Shown here: one piece after another, positions 52,118-62,071 of the stretch
How positions within the stretch are numbered: the first letter of the stretch is position 1
How the letters are laid out: each line of letters begins with the position of its first letter
Source of the DNA: an uncultured Azospirillaceae bacterium
GTDB taxonomy: Bacteria > Pseudomonadota > Alphaproteobacteria > RF32 > CAG-239
NCBI GenBank assembly: GCA_964655915.1
Contig: CAZZNV010000001.1
Coordinates: 102,250-166,249 of the forward strand
Length of the DNA stretch: 64,000 bases
Reading direction: 5' to 3'
Notes under the pieces: model-generated
What the model was told of the DNA's origin: nothing
The model's database searches: none
Seen by the model: the letters and a program-made list of their open reading frames with translations, nothing else
Program-made: the position numbers and the translations under genes

Positions 52118-53908
52118 GTGGCTAAAGTTCAGAAAAAAAAGAAAAAATCAAAAAAAAGAGAGTCAAAACAAAGGGTTGTTAAACGGCGGCGACTCTTGAA
52201 ATTATTTGCTTTTCTGGTGATAACTTTGCTGTTATATATCGGATATTGCGCTCTTACTATGCCCAATATTGAAGATGCTGTTTCTCGCACCAGACAACCG
52301 TTTACAACCATTGTCGCAGAAAACGGTAACGAAATCAAAAGTTTTGGAACGGTTTATTCCGAAGTTATTCGATCGGAACAACTCCCGCAGTATGTTGTTG
52401 ACGCCATTGTTTCTACTGAAGACCGGCGTTTTTACAGCCATTTCGGGTTTGATGTTATTTCCTTTACCAGAGCCATGATTGCTAATTTGTGCGCCGGGCG
52501 TTACGCTCAAGGCGGCAGCACCATTACCCAACAAGTTGCAAAAAATTTATTTTTGACAAATCAAAAAAACCTGAAACGTAAAGTTCAAGAATTGTTACTG
52601 GCTTTTTGGCTGGAAAAAAAATTCAGCAAAGAACAGATTTTGACCTTGTATCTAAACAGAGTTTATCTGGGTTCCGGAACATACGGCATTGAAGCTGCCA
52701 GTCAGCGATATTTTCAAAAATCATCTCAAGACATGAATTTGCTTGAAGCCGCCGTTATTGCCGGCATGCTCAAAGCTCCTTCCCGCTATAACCCTATTGC
52801 TTCACAAAAACGAGCCCTTGACAGAGCCTCCGTGGTTCTTAAAACCATGGTGGAAACAAAATCTATTACAAACACTCAAAGAGAAAAGGCTCTTAAAATG
52901 AGGTTGGGACAGGAAAAAAGTTTTACTGTTGAAAATGCCGGATATTTTGCCGACTGGGTCTATAATGATGTTAATTCTTATGTCGGTGAGCGCGGTGATG
53001 ATGTTTATGTCATGACAACACTCGACCAAAACATGCAAGAAGAAGCTGCGAAAATTTTAACTCGCACGCTGACTGAAAACAGAAACAAAAATGTGTCGCA
53101 AGGGGCGATTGTTGTTTTAGACTACGAAGGTGCCGTAAAGGCGATGGTGGGCGGCGCGAATTATTCCAAAAGCCAGTTTAACAGAGCAACGCAAGCTTTA
53201 CGTCAACCAGGCTCCGCTTTTAAGCCTTTTGTATATTTGACGGCTTTACAAAAAGGTTTTTCTCGTGAAGATAAAATTTCGGATACTCCCATTTCCATTA
53301 ACGGGTGGCACCCTGAAAACGCCGATAAAAAATATTACGGTGACGTATCATTGGAATATGCTTTAATAAAATCGTTAAACTTGGCAACCATTCGTCTGGC
53401 GCAGGCTATATCCGGCAATGCTATTATACGAAATGCTCGAAAAATGGGCATCTCCACAACAATTCAAAATACACCTTCTTTGGCTCTCGGAACTTTTGAA
53501 GTCAAAGTTATTGACCTTGCGACGGCTTATGCCTCTCTCGCCAATGGCGGTTTTAGTGTTTGGCCTTATGCCATTAAAGAAATTTACACTCGTGACGGCT
53601 ACCAGATTTATCAACGTGATCGGGCAGAAAAAATGAAAATTTTGGACGATACCTCGGTGTCTGAACTGACAAAAATGCTGACAAACGTTGTTAACTACGG
53701 CACGGGAAAACGCGCACAAATTCCGGGGTTTGCCGCGGGAAAGACCGGAACATCCCAAGATAACAGAGATGCTTGGTTTGTCGGTTTTAATGACAAGTAT
53801 GTTACAGCTGTTTGGCTCGGTAATGACAACAACAGTCCTATGAAAGGCGTTTCAGGCGCAAATCTGCCGGCAGAAATTTGGAGAAAAGTTATGCTTTCCG
53901 GCAAATAA
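52118..53908 (+). CDS. Class A penicillin-binding protein (GT51 transglycosylase + transpeptidase), short PBP1-type
   Basis: GT51 motifs (…EDRRFYSHFGFD…GGSTITQQVAKN…) and transpeptidase SxxK (SAFKPF), SLN and KTGTS. GTG start with an AAAGGG SD. Poly-Lys N-terminal tail. Confidence 0.8.
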   Translation: MAKVQKKKKKSKKRESKQRVVKRRRLLKLFAFLVITLLLYIGYCALTMPNIEDAVSRTRQPFTTIVAENGNEIKSFGTVYSEVIRSEQLPQYVVDAIVSTEDRRFYSHFGFDVISFTRAMIANLCAGRYAQGGSTITQQVAKNLFLTNQKNLKRKVQELLLAFWLEKKFSKEQILTLYLNRVYLGSGTYGIEAASQRYFQKSSQDMNLLEAAVIAGMLKAPSRYNPIASQKRALDRASVVLKTMVETKSITNTQREKALKMRLGQEKSFTVENAGYFADWVYNDVNSYVGERGDDVYVMTTLDQNMQEEAAKILTRTLTENRNKNVSQGAIVVLDYEGAVKAMVGGANYSKSQFNRATQALRQPGSAFKPFVYLTALQKGFSREDKISDTPISINGWHPENADKKYYGDVSLEYALIKSLNLATIRLAQAISGNAIIRNARKMGISTTIQNTPSLALGTFEVKVIDLATAYASLANGGFSVWPYAIKEIYTRDGYQIYQRDRAEKMKILDDTSVSELTKMLTNVVNYGTGKRAQIPGFAAGKTGTSQDNRDAWFVGFNDKYVTAVWLGNDNNSPMKGVSGANLPAEIWRKVMLSGK

Positions 53909-53976
53909 AATTGCTTTCATAATGTTATTTATTATATATAATATGAACAAATTTTTGGATAGAAAAGGATATTATA

Positions 53977-55518
53977 ATGACTCAAAAACCTGTATTGCTG
54001 ATGATTTTAGACGGTTGGGGATATAGAGAGCCCGTATCGGCTGACAATGCTATTGAAATGGGAAACACGCCGAACTGGCATCGCGTGTATGCTGATAATC
54101 CGCATTGCCTGTTGGAAACATACGGTCTATCCGTCGGTTTGCCTGAAGGACAGATGGGAAATTCGGAGGTCGGGCATACTAATATCGGTGCCGGACGCGT
54201 TGTTATGCAGGATTTACCGCGTATTGACCAATCTATAAAAGACGGCTCTTTGGCTCAAAACACAGCCTTACAGGAAATGATTTCTGCTTTGAAAGCCTCC
54301 GGCGGAACGGCTCATGTTATGGGGTTGATGTCTCCGGGAGGTGTTCATTCATCACAAAAGCATATTGTTGCTTTGTGCAAAATTTTATCTGACAACAAAA
54401 TTAACGTTAAGGTTCACGCTTTTTTGGACGGACGTGACACTCCTCCGGCATCCGCGAAAGAATATATTACCGAATTTGAAAAAGACATTCAGAATATGAA
54501 CGGTGTTAAAATCGCTACTCTTGAAGGACGTTTTTATGCTATGGATCGCGATAAACGCTGGGATCGTGTGGAAGCCGCTTATGACAACATGGTTTTGGCT
54601 TCGGGTAAACGTTTTTCAACGGCCCAAGAAGCTATTGAGGCATCTTATACAGACAAAGTTACCGACGAGTTTGTTGTTCCTGCCGTTGTCGGAGATTATC
54701 AGGGAATGAGCGATGGAGACGCTATTTTGATGGCTAACTTCAGGGCCGATCGTGCTCGGGAGATTCTTTATGCTTTGGCTGATGCTGAATTTAATGGTTT
54801 TGCTCGTAAAAAAATCGTAAACTTTGCCAAACATCTGGGAATGACTGAATATTCCGTCGACCATAACCGTTTTATGACAACCATGTTCCCTCCGGAGGCC
54901 TTGACCAAAATTTATGGAGAGGTGGTTTCCGAACACGGGTTAACCCAATTGAGAATCGCAGAAACCGAAAAATATGCTCATGTTACGTTTTTCTTTAACG
55001 GTGGCGAAGAAAAAGAATTTAAGGGTGAAGAAAGAATCCTTATTCCCAGCCCTAAAGTTGCAACATATGACCTCAAACCGGAAATGAGTGTTTATGAAGT
55101 AACGGACAAATTGGTGGAAGCTATCGAATCTAAAAAGTTTGATACGATTATCTGCAATTTTGCTAATGGCGATATGGTTGGACATACCGGCATTATGGAG
55201 GCTGCACTCAAGGCGGTTGAAGCTGTGGATGTGTGCTTGGGACGTGTTGAAAAAGCTCTTATAAATTCCGGTGGTGTAATGATTGTTACGGCAGATCACG
55301 GTAATGCCGAAAAGATGGTTGATGAAAAAACCGGAGCGCCCTATACAGCCCATACCGTAGGAAAAGTTGCCGCTATTCTCGTGAACGACCAGAGCGGCGT
55401 ATGTCGGCTTAAAGACGGAAAATTAGCAGATTTGGCACCGACCATGCTGGATTTATTGAATATTGAACAACCAAAGGAAATGACTGGAACATCCTTGCTG
55501 GTTAAATGTTCTAAATAA
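53977..55518 (+). CDS. gpmI: 2,3-bisphosphoglycerate-independent phosphoglycerate mutase
   Basis: 513 aa, …LLMILDGWGYRE…, with a metal-binding phosphatase core. Confidence 0.95.
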   Translation: MTQKPVLLMILDGWGYREPVSADNAIEMGNTPNWHRVYADNPHCLLETYGLSVGLPEGQMGNSEVGHTNIGAGRVVMQDLPRIDQSIKDGSLAQNTALQEMISALKASGGTAHVMGLMSPGGVHSSQKHIVALCKILSDNKINVKVHAFLDGRDTPPASAKEYITEFEKDIQNMNGVKIATLEGRFYAMDRDKRWDRVEAAYDNMVLASGKRFSTAQEAIEASYTDKVTDEFVVPAVVGDYQGMSDGDAILMANFRADRAREILYALADAEFNGFARKKIVNFAKHLGMTEYSVDHNRFMTTMFPPEALTKIYGEVVSEHGLTQLRIAETEKYAHVTFFFNGGEEKEFKGEERILIPSPKVATYDLKPEMSVYEVTDKLVEAIESKKFDTIICNFANGDMVGHTGIMEAALKAVEAVDVCLGRVEKALINSGGVMIVTADHGNAEKMVDEKTGAPYTAHTVGKVAAILVNDQSGVCRLKDGKLADLAPTMLDLLNIEQPKEMTGTSLLVKCSK

Positions 55519-55533
55519 TTTTGAAAGAAACTT

Positions 55534-56787
55534 ATGAAACTCAAGACCGCTTTGAAATACACTCTTATCCCCCTGACAATCGGAATGGTTTTGCCCTCTT
55601 CGGTTGAGGCGGTTAAAGTTTCTAAAGTTGAACTGGAAAAAATGGAAAAACAGGTTGAGGCGGAGGCTTTAGAGCATAAGAAACTTATGGCTCAAGCAAC
55701 GCAGATTAATTTGGAGCTTACATCTGTCAGCAAAGAAATGGTACGCGCCGCCCGCCTTATCCAAAACAATGAAGAAAAGCTCTCCTTAATGGAAACACAG
55801 CTCGAAAAGCTGAAAACAGATTTGAAAAACGCTGAAGAAGGCTTCTCGGAAGAAGATGATAATTTAATAAAAACACTTTCCGCTTTACAAACATTAGCTA
55901 TGAAGCCAACGGAATCGCTTTTTGTGCAACCGCTGACCCCCGTTGATATTATTCGCAGCGCCATGCTTTTACGCGAAACGGTTCCCTATTTGCAGGAAAA
56001 CGCCGAAAGAATTCGTAAAGAGCTTGAAAATATTGAGAAGAAAAAAGAATTGATAGAAAAACAATATCAACAAATTTCAAAGCAGAAAAAAGTTTTGGAA
56101 GCTGAACACGAGCGAATGCGACAATTGGTTCAGAAAAAATCTAAAATGCGCAACGCCGTGGAAATCAAAAGCGAAAAAACAAAACGCAATATTGACAAGT
56201 TGGCCGGTCAAGCTCAGGATTTACGGGACTTATTGAGCAAATTGGAACAACAACGGTTAGAAAAACAACGCAAAGAAGCCGAACAAAGAAGATTGGCAAA
56301 AATCAAAGAAGAGGCTCGAAAAGCACAACAAAAAAATAACGAGGAAAAACAAACTGCTGACTTGATAAAATCGCATTCTGGCGCTATAACCGGAATAGGT
56401 GGAGATTTTGCAAAAGCAAAAGGAACTCTTCCTCTGCCGGCGAGGGGAAAAATCTTAACCGTTTACGGGGAGCAAAAAGTTAAAGGGGTGTCCTCTAAGG
56501 GAATTATAATAAAAACCCGTGACAATGCGCAAGTTATCTCGCCTTTTGACGGCACGGTCATTTTTGCGGGACCTTTTCGTGGTTATGGCAACCTTATTAT
56601 TGTTGAACACGGCAACGGATATTTGACTTTGCTGGCGGGATTGAGTACTTTTGATGTAGAACTCGGGCAGCTTTTGTTGGCGGGTGAACCTGTCGGACAA
56701 ATGCCTGTTGGTGAAGATGCAAAGCTCTATGTCGAGCTACGGAAGGATAATCAACCTATTGACCCGTTAGCATGGATGACACTTTAA
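55534..56787 (+). CDS. Murein hydrolase activator / M23 (LytM) peptidase-family protein (EnvC-like)
   Basis: 417 aa with a signal peptide, a long coiled coil and a C-terminal LytM domain (…GNLIIVEHGNGYLTLLAGL…). Confidence 0.8.
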   Translation: MKLKTALKYTLIPLTIGMVLPSSVEAVKVSKVELEKMEKQVEAEALEHKKLMAQATQINLELTSVSKEMVRAARLIQNNEEKLSLMETQLEKLKTDLKNAEEGFSEEDDNLIKTLSALQTLAMKPTESLFVQPLTPVDIIRSAMLLRETVPYLQENAERIRKELENIEKKKELIEKQYQQISKQKKVLEAEHERMRQLVQKKSKMRNAVEIKSEKTKRNIDKLAGQAQDLRDLLSKLEQQRLEKQRKEAEQRRLAKIKEEARKAQQKNNEEKQTADLIKSHSGAITGIGGDFAKAKGTLPLPARGKILTVYGEQKVKGVSSKGIIIKTRDNAQVISPFDGTVIFAGPFRGYGNLIIVEHGNGYLTLLAGLSTFDVELGQLLLAGEPVGQMPVGEDAKLYVELRKDNQPIDPLAWMTL

Positions 56788-56806
56788 CAAACAAAGGACA
56801 ATAAAA

Positions 56807-58090
56807 ATGTTGAAAAAAACAGGACTTATCATTTTATCTGCTCTTTATACCTTTTTAGGTTCTGCAGCTCTTAGTGCGAAAGAAACCGTGCCGGAGGTTG
56901 ACACCTATGAGCTGTTAAATCTGTTTGGTGAAGTGATGGAACGGGCAAAGACTTCTTATGTTGAAGAAGTTGATGATAAAAAACTTATTGAATCCGCCAT
57001 AAACGGTATGCTCGTCGCTTTGGATCCCCATTCAAGCTACTTAGATGCTCAAAGCTTTAAATATATGAATGAGCAAACTAAAGGGAAATTCGGCGGTTTG
57101 GGTATTGAGGTTACACAGGAAAACGGAATTGTTAAAATTGTATCCCCTATTGATGAAACTCCCGCGGCAAGAGCCGGTTTAAAATCAGGCGATTACATCA
57201 CAAATATTGATGGTGAACAGGTTGTCGGAATGAGCTTAAACGATGCCGTGGATAAAATGCGCGGAAAAATAGGAACAAAGGTAAAATTAACCATACGTCG
57301 CCTTAATGAAAAGCCATTTGACGTCACTCTAAAGCGTGAAGAGATAAAAATACAATCGGTTAAACATGACATAAAAGCTGATGATGTTGTTTATATTCGA
57401 ATCAGTTCTTTCAGCGAAGATGTAGATAAAAACATTGAAAAGGCCGTTGAAAAAATCAAAAAAGAAAACAAAGGCCATCTGAAAGGTCTTGTTTTAGACG
57501 TGCGCAACAATCCCGGTGGATTACTGGATCAGGCCGTTGGTGTTTCCGACCTGTTTCTTAACCAAGGCGAAATCGTTTCGACCCGTTCTCGCAATGAAGA
57601 AGACACTGTACGATACAATGCAAAAGAAGGAGATATTTTAGACGGTCTGCCCATTGTTGTCTTAATAAACGACGGTTCCGCTTCTGCCTCTGAAATCGTT
57701 GCCGGCGCACTTCAAGATCATAAGAGGGCTGTTATTCTGGGCGAAAAATCTTTCGGTAAGGGTTCTGTTCAGACGGTGGTTCCTTTAGATAAGCACGGAG
57801 CTATGCGACTAACGACGGCTCGTTACTATACTCCATCCGGACGTTCTATTCAGGCAACAGGTATTGTTCCTGATGTGGAGGTTCATCCCGCAAAAATAGA
57901 GGAAGTTAAAAACGAATATGGCTTCAGCGAAGCTGAGTATAGTAATGCTCTGAAAAATGAAACTGTTAGTGAGGATAAGAAAAAGAGCAAGGAAAAAACG
58001 GATAAAGATGAAGAATGGAAGAAAGACTATCAACTCTCCAGAGCTGTTGATTTGGTTAAGGCTTTGGGCATCTACAACAATGGCAAATAG
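56807..58090 (+). CDS. ctpA: Carboxy-terminal processing protease (S41)
   Basis: 427 aa with a PDZ domain and an S41 core (…VVLINDGSASASEIVAGALQD…GEKSFGKGSVQ…). Confidence 0.9.
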   Translation: MLKKTGLIILSALYTFLGSAALSAKETVPEVDTYELLNLFGEVMERAKTSYVEEVDDKKLIESAINGMLVALDPHSSYLDAQSFKYMNEQTKGKFGGLGIEVTQENGIVKIVSPIDETPAARAGLKSGDYITNIDGEQVVGMSLNDAVDKMRGKIGTKVKLTIRRLNEKPFDVTLKREEIKIQSVKHDIKADDVVYIRISSFSEDVDKNIEKAVEKIKKENKGHLKGLVLDVRNNPGGLLDQAVGVSDLFLNQGEIVSTRSRNEEDTVRYNAKEGDILDGLPIVVLINDGSASASEIVAGALQDHKRAVILGEKSFGKGSVQTVVPLDKHGAMRLTTARYYTPSGRSIQATGIVPDVEVHPAKIEEVKNEYGFSEAEYSNALKNETVSEDKKKSKEKTDKDEEWKKDYQLSRAVDLVKALGIYNNGK

Positions 58091-58099
58091 GAGCGTTTC

Positions 58100-59275
58100 T
58101 TGCTAAAAAAACTTAAACAATATCGTTTATTGATTTTCATGATTTTAGCGGCATCGGCAGCTGTCGCCGCGACGGGGTATTATTTTGCACAAGAGAAAAG
58201 CGAACCGGAATATCTGTCGAAAATAGATAAACTTATGTTTAACAGCAAGAATACTCCGCCAAAGGTTATTTTAACTTTGCCGGACTTTAAAGTTCCTGAA
58301 AAAAACAAAAAAAAGGCACCTGTGGTTAATGATGTTCCTCCGGAGGAAGAAGAACTTCCCAGAAAAGAGCCGAAGAAAGAAATAACTTTAGATGATTTGA
58401 TGGAGGCCATTCCTAAGCTGGTGTCATTAAAACCCAAAGAAGCAACACAAAAATTAAAATTTGTCGATTTAGATGAAGCCTTAACAGAAACAACCGAAAC
58501 GACAAAACTTCCGCGTATATCGGATAAGGGAAAGAAACCTTGGGTGGAATATGGAAAAATGGTTACAATCCTACCGACATTTAAAAAGGTGGGGATTGTT
58601 ATTAAAAACATGGGGTTTGACGATTTCTCTCTTGATCAAATCAGTAAAGGGCTTCCCTCTGAAATATCTTTGAGTTTTTCGCCTTACGGACAGGAACTGG
58701 ATAAGAAAATAACCAGAGCGCGCCTCCATGGGCACGAAACTTATATGGACTTGCTTTTATCATCAAAAGATTTTCTTAAATCCGACAGCGGTCCGATGGC
58801 TATCAATATGAGTGTCGGCGAAGACGAAAACATCGGCCGCGTTATGAAACTGCTTAATGTGGGAGCCCCTGTTGGTGGTGTTGTTGTTAATGACGGCATT
58901 GCCGATGACAGCAACAAGGCTTTGATGGAAAAAATCTTTACAATATTGAAAAATCGCGGTTTACTTATGCTTGACGCGATTGGCAGCAATGAGCTGCAAG
59001 ATATTAAAGTTGAACAGCTTTCTCGCCGAAAAGCCGATGTTGTTATTGAAACTTTTGACAGAGCAGAGATACGAAAAAAACTTCAGGAAGCACAAAATAT
59101 CGCTTTAGAAAACGGTCAAGTCTTGATTGCGGCGGAAAATAAGCCGATTATTGTGGTTGAGATAGCCCGTTGGGTAGATACATTTTCTCCTCAACTCGGT
59201 TATGATAAAAATAAAAATCAAGAGGTTCCTATGCCCCTTGCCTTGGTACCAATATCTAATCTGGTGACGGAATAA
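58100..59275 (+). CDS. Divergent polysaccharide deacetylase family protein (YibQ-like)
   Basis: 391 aa with an N-terminal TM and a C-terminal domain matching the divergent polysaccharide deacetylase family. This is the conserved neighbour of ctpA in alphaproteobacteria. Confidence 0.65.
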   Translation: MLKKLKQYRLLIFMILAASAAVAATGYYFAQEKSEPEYLSKIDKLMFNSKNTPPKVILTLPDFKVPEKNKKKAPVVNDVPPEEEELPRKEPKKEITLDDLMEAIPKLVSLKPKEATQKLKFVDLDEALTETTETTKLPRISDKGKKPWVEYGKMVTILPTFKKVGIVIKNMGFDDFSLDQISKGLPSEISLSFSPYGQELDKKITRARLHGHETYMDLLLSSKDFLKSDSGPMAINMSVGEDENIGRVMKLLNVGAPVGGVVVNDGIADDSNKALMEKIFTILKNRGLLMLDAIGSNELQDIKVEQLSRRKADVVIETFDRAEIRKKLQEAQNIALENGQVLIAAENKPIIVVEIARWVDTFSPQLGYDKNKNQEVPMPLALVPISNLVTE

Positions 59276-60339
59276 TGAGTCTTTTTTACAGAAAAAATGT
59301 CGGAATTGTTGTTTTTAGAAGAGATTTAAAGGTTTTAATGTGTGCCAGAGCAGACCAAGAAAACGCTTGGCAATTTCCCCAAGGAGGGATTGAGGAAGAT
59401 GAGGAGATTATTACCGCTGGATTGAGGGAATTGCGCGAAGAAACAGGAATTACCTCTGTCAGAATGATGCTTCAGTTTCCAAGGCTGTTACGATATAAAT
59501 ATCCTCCCGAAGTGGTTTCATCTAATAAAAATTCGGGATTCCCGGCCTATATCGGTCAAGAACAAGCTTGGCTGTTGATGTATTTTTACGGCAAAGATGA
59601 TGAGATAAACTTTGAAACGAATCCTGATGAGATTGAATTTAAAGATTATCGATGGGTTGATATTGACGAAGCCCCGTTAAGAGTTGTTGACTTTAAGAAA
59701 GATGTTTATAAGGAAATTTCTTCCGGTTTCAAGATTTATATGAATGCTTTGGTGGTTGACAAAGAACAGGAAGAGGAAAAGCCCATTAAAGAAAAAAAAG
59801 ACATTATGGCCGCTATCCATAAGGGAATTGACACTAATATTTTATTATCCAGTTTGCAGAAGAAGTATCTCAAAAATCTTTTGATATTTTCATTTATGAC
59901 GGTATCTGCTGACAAAGAAATCAAAGGATCCGATTTGATTAAACTGGTTAACGGATTATTCAAGAAGCTGATTATTGATATTTTAAAAGATGAAGACGGA
60001 GAGGAAGTTGAGAATTATGACAACGCCTTGACTATTGATCTTAATCAGATTATTGCGGATGACAAACAAATCAGTTTTCAGAAAATTCAGGAAAAAATAA
60101 CGCCTTCCAGCATTATTGGCGTTATAAAAACAAACACACAGGGTTTTTCTCAACGACAACTCCTGAACAGGCTTTTATCTTTGCGCAATGAAAAAGCACG
60201 GAAAAAAGACGATATTGAAGAAGAAGAAAAGAAGAAGAAAAGAGAAAAAGAAGATTTTGATTATGAGCTGCAACAGCAACGAGAGCAAATGATGGATAAT
60301 TTCATCAGAGAAGCATATACTCCAAGAGGAAGAGGTTAA
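59275..60339 (+). CDS. rppH: RNA pyrophosphohydrolase RppH (Nudix; IalA homologue) fused to a ~190-aa C-terminal domain of unknown function
   Basis: The N-terminal ~165 aa carry the Nudix box GGIEEDEEIITAGLRELREETGI. A non-Nudix charged domain then continues in frame to 60339. Confidence 0.85.
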   Translation: MSLFYRKNVGIVVFRRDLKVLMCARADQENAWQFPQGGIEEDEEIITAGLRELREETGITSVRMMLQFPRLLRYKYPPEVVSSNKNSGFPAYIGQEQAWLLMYFYGKDDEINFETNPDEIEFKDYRWVDIDEAPLRVVDFKKDVYKEISSGFKIYMNALVVDKEQEEEKPIKEKKDIMAAIHKGIDTNILLSSLQKKYLKNLLIFSFMTVSADKEIKGSDLIKLVNGLFKKLIIDILKDEDGEEVENYDNALTIDLNQIIADDKQISFQKIQEKITPSSIIGVIKTNTQGFSQRQLLNRLLSLRNEKARKKDDIEEEEKKKKREKEDFDYELQQQREQMMDNFIREAYTPRGRG

Positions 60340-60365
60340 TTCTATCGCTGTTTTTTCAAAAACAA

Positions 60366-60394
60366 TTGTTAACATCCGCAAAATAGTGTATATT
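60366..60394 (+). promoter_or_regulatory. Sigma70-like promoter for the stand-alone paralogue gene
   Basis: TTGTTA-N17-TATATT. Confidence 0.4.
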
Positions 60395-60433
60395 ATGACA
60401 TGTCGACGAATTGTTCGGTGTTTTTAGGATTTC

Positions 60434-61003
60434 ATGGGTATGACAGCAGAATTAAAATTCAAAAAAGAAAGAGATCTGGTCTTGGCCGCCGCCAAAAAGG
60501 GAATCGAAAGCAATGTTCCTCTTTCCGGTTTGCAGAAAAAATATTTGAAAAACCTGTTGCTGTTCTCCTTGATGAACGCATCTGCTAATGAAACGGTTAC
60601 AAAACCAAATTTTGTAAAGTTGGTTAATCGGTTTTATAAAAAATTGATTATTGACATCATCAAAGAAGAAGATGATGACGACGATGGCGAATTTGATACG
60701 GCTTTAAGTGTAGACTTAAATAAAATAATGGCCGATGCCGATAAATTAGATTTGCAAGAAATTCAAGCTTTATTAACCCCGGCTAATATTGTCGGTATCA
60801 TAAAAAAGAACACCAACGGCATGTCTCAACAGCAAATCATAAAAAACATTCTGGCTTTAAGAGATGCAAAGGCTAATCATAGAGAAACTCCTGAGGAGGC
60901 CAAAGAGCGCGAACGTCGACAAAAAGAATATAAGATGATGAGGCAACGCCAAATGATGATGGATTCTCGTATTTTAACCAGAGGCGAACGCAGCCGTCAT
61001 TAA
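60434..61003 (+). CDS. Stand-alone paralogue (189 aa) of the RppH C-terminal extension domain
   Basis: Clear collinear similarity to RppH residues ~175-354 (LQKKYLKNLLLFSLM / LQKKYLKNLLIFSFM; KLVNRFYKKLIIDIIKEEDDDDDGEFDTALSVDLNKIMAD / KLVNGLFKKLIIDILKDEDGEEVENYDNALTIDLNQIIAD). It has its own AGGA SD and promoter. Confidence 0.6.
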   Translation: MGMTAELKFKKERDLVLAAAKKGIESNVPLSGLQKKYLKNLLLFSLMNASANETVTKPNFVKLVNRFYKKLIIDIIKEEDDDDDGEFDTALSVDLNKIMADADKLDLQEIQALLTPANIVGIIKKNTNGMSQQQIIKNILALRDAKANHRETPEEAKERERRQKEYKMMRQRQMMMDSRILTRGERSRH

Positions 61004-62067
61004 ACTTTTTCTTTTTTTGATTTTAACTGTCCGCAAGCCGCTAAGATGTCTTGTCCTCGAGCCACCCGTATCGGAGCCTCGTATCCGGCTGATTCCAATT
61101 CCCTTGAAAAGGCGTGGACTTTATTGTTGGAACTCGGTTCATAACCACATCCCGGCCACGGGTTAAAAGGTATAAGGTTGAATTTTGCCCCCAACTTGTA
61201 CTTCTTCATCAGTGCTATTAATTCTTTGGCATCGTCCAAAGAATCGTTAAAATCTTTGAGCATTAAATACTCAAAAGTTATCATGCGACTAAAACCCATA
61301 ACATCTTGGTATTTTTGACAGGCAGTCAACACCTTATCAATATTGTATGTGTTGGTTACGGGCATGATTTTTGAGCGTTTTTCATCATTTGGCGCATGCA
61401 GACTTATTGCAAGCTTTACACCCAATTCTGTCGCCACTAAGGGGATTTTTGGAGCAATACCCGATGTTGACAAGGTAATTCGACGCTTGGATATGGCTAT
61501 ACCATCACCATCGGAAAGAATTTTCAGCGCTTTGATGACATTATCCGTATTTTGCAACGGCTCGCCCATTCCCATAACAACAATATTTGACAGGTATCGT
61601 GTTTCATTTGTCGGGCTCGGCCACTCACCGTAAGCATCTCGAGCAACCATAAACTGCGATACAATTTCGCCAGCGGTTAAATTACGTGTGATTTTTTGGC
61701 TTCCGGTATGGCAAAACCTACACCCCATAGCGCAACCGACCTGAGTAGAAATACAAACGGCTCCTCGGTCTTCTTCCGGAATATAGACGGTTTCTATACG
61801 CTGTCCGTCAGCAAATTCCAGAAGCCATTTATGGGTTTTATCCGAAGAAATTTGCTCTGTAATGATTTTTGGGCGTGTGATTGTAAAATTTTCCGCCAGC
61901 TTTCCTCGCAAATCCTTTGACAGATTGGTCATCTGTTCAAAATCTGTTACGCCTCTGAAGTATATCCATTGCCATAATTGCTTCGCACGGAAATCTTTTT
62001 CTCCGATAGCCTCTATTTCCGCTGACAGCTCATCTTTTGACAAGCCGATAAGCTCTTTCTTTTCCAT
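61000..62067 (-). CDS. rlmN: 23S rRNA m2A2503 / tRNA m2A37 methyltransferase RlmN (radical SAM)
   Basis: 355 aa with the CAMGCRFCHTG radical-SAM cluster and the RlmN C-terminal Cys. Confidence 0.9.
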   Translation of the reverse strand: MEKKELIGLSKDELSAEIEAIGEKDFRAKQLWQWIYFRGVTDFEQMTNLSKDLRGKLAENFTITRPKIITEQISSDKTHKWLLEFADGQRIETVYIPEEDRGAVCISTQVGCAMGCRFCHTGSQKITRNLTAGEIVSQFMVARDAYGEWPSPTNETRYLSNIVVMGMGEPLQNTDNVIKALKILSDGDGIAISKRRITLSTSGIAPKIPLVATELGVKLAISLHAPNDEKRSKIMPVTNTYNIDKVLTACQKYQDVMGFSRMITFEYLMLKDFNDSLDDAKELIALMKKYKLGAKFNLIPFNPWPGCGYEPSSNNKVHAFSRELESAGYEAPIRVARGQDILAACGQLKSKKEKV

Positions 62068-62071
62068 ATCT

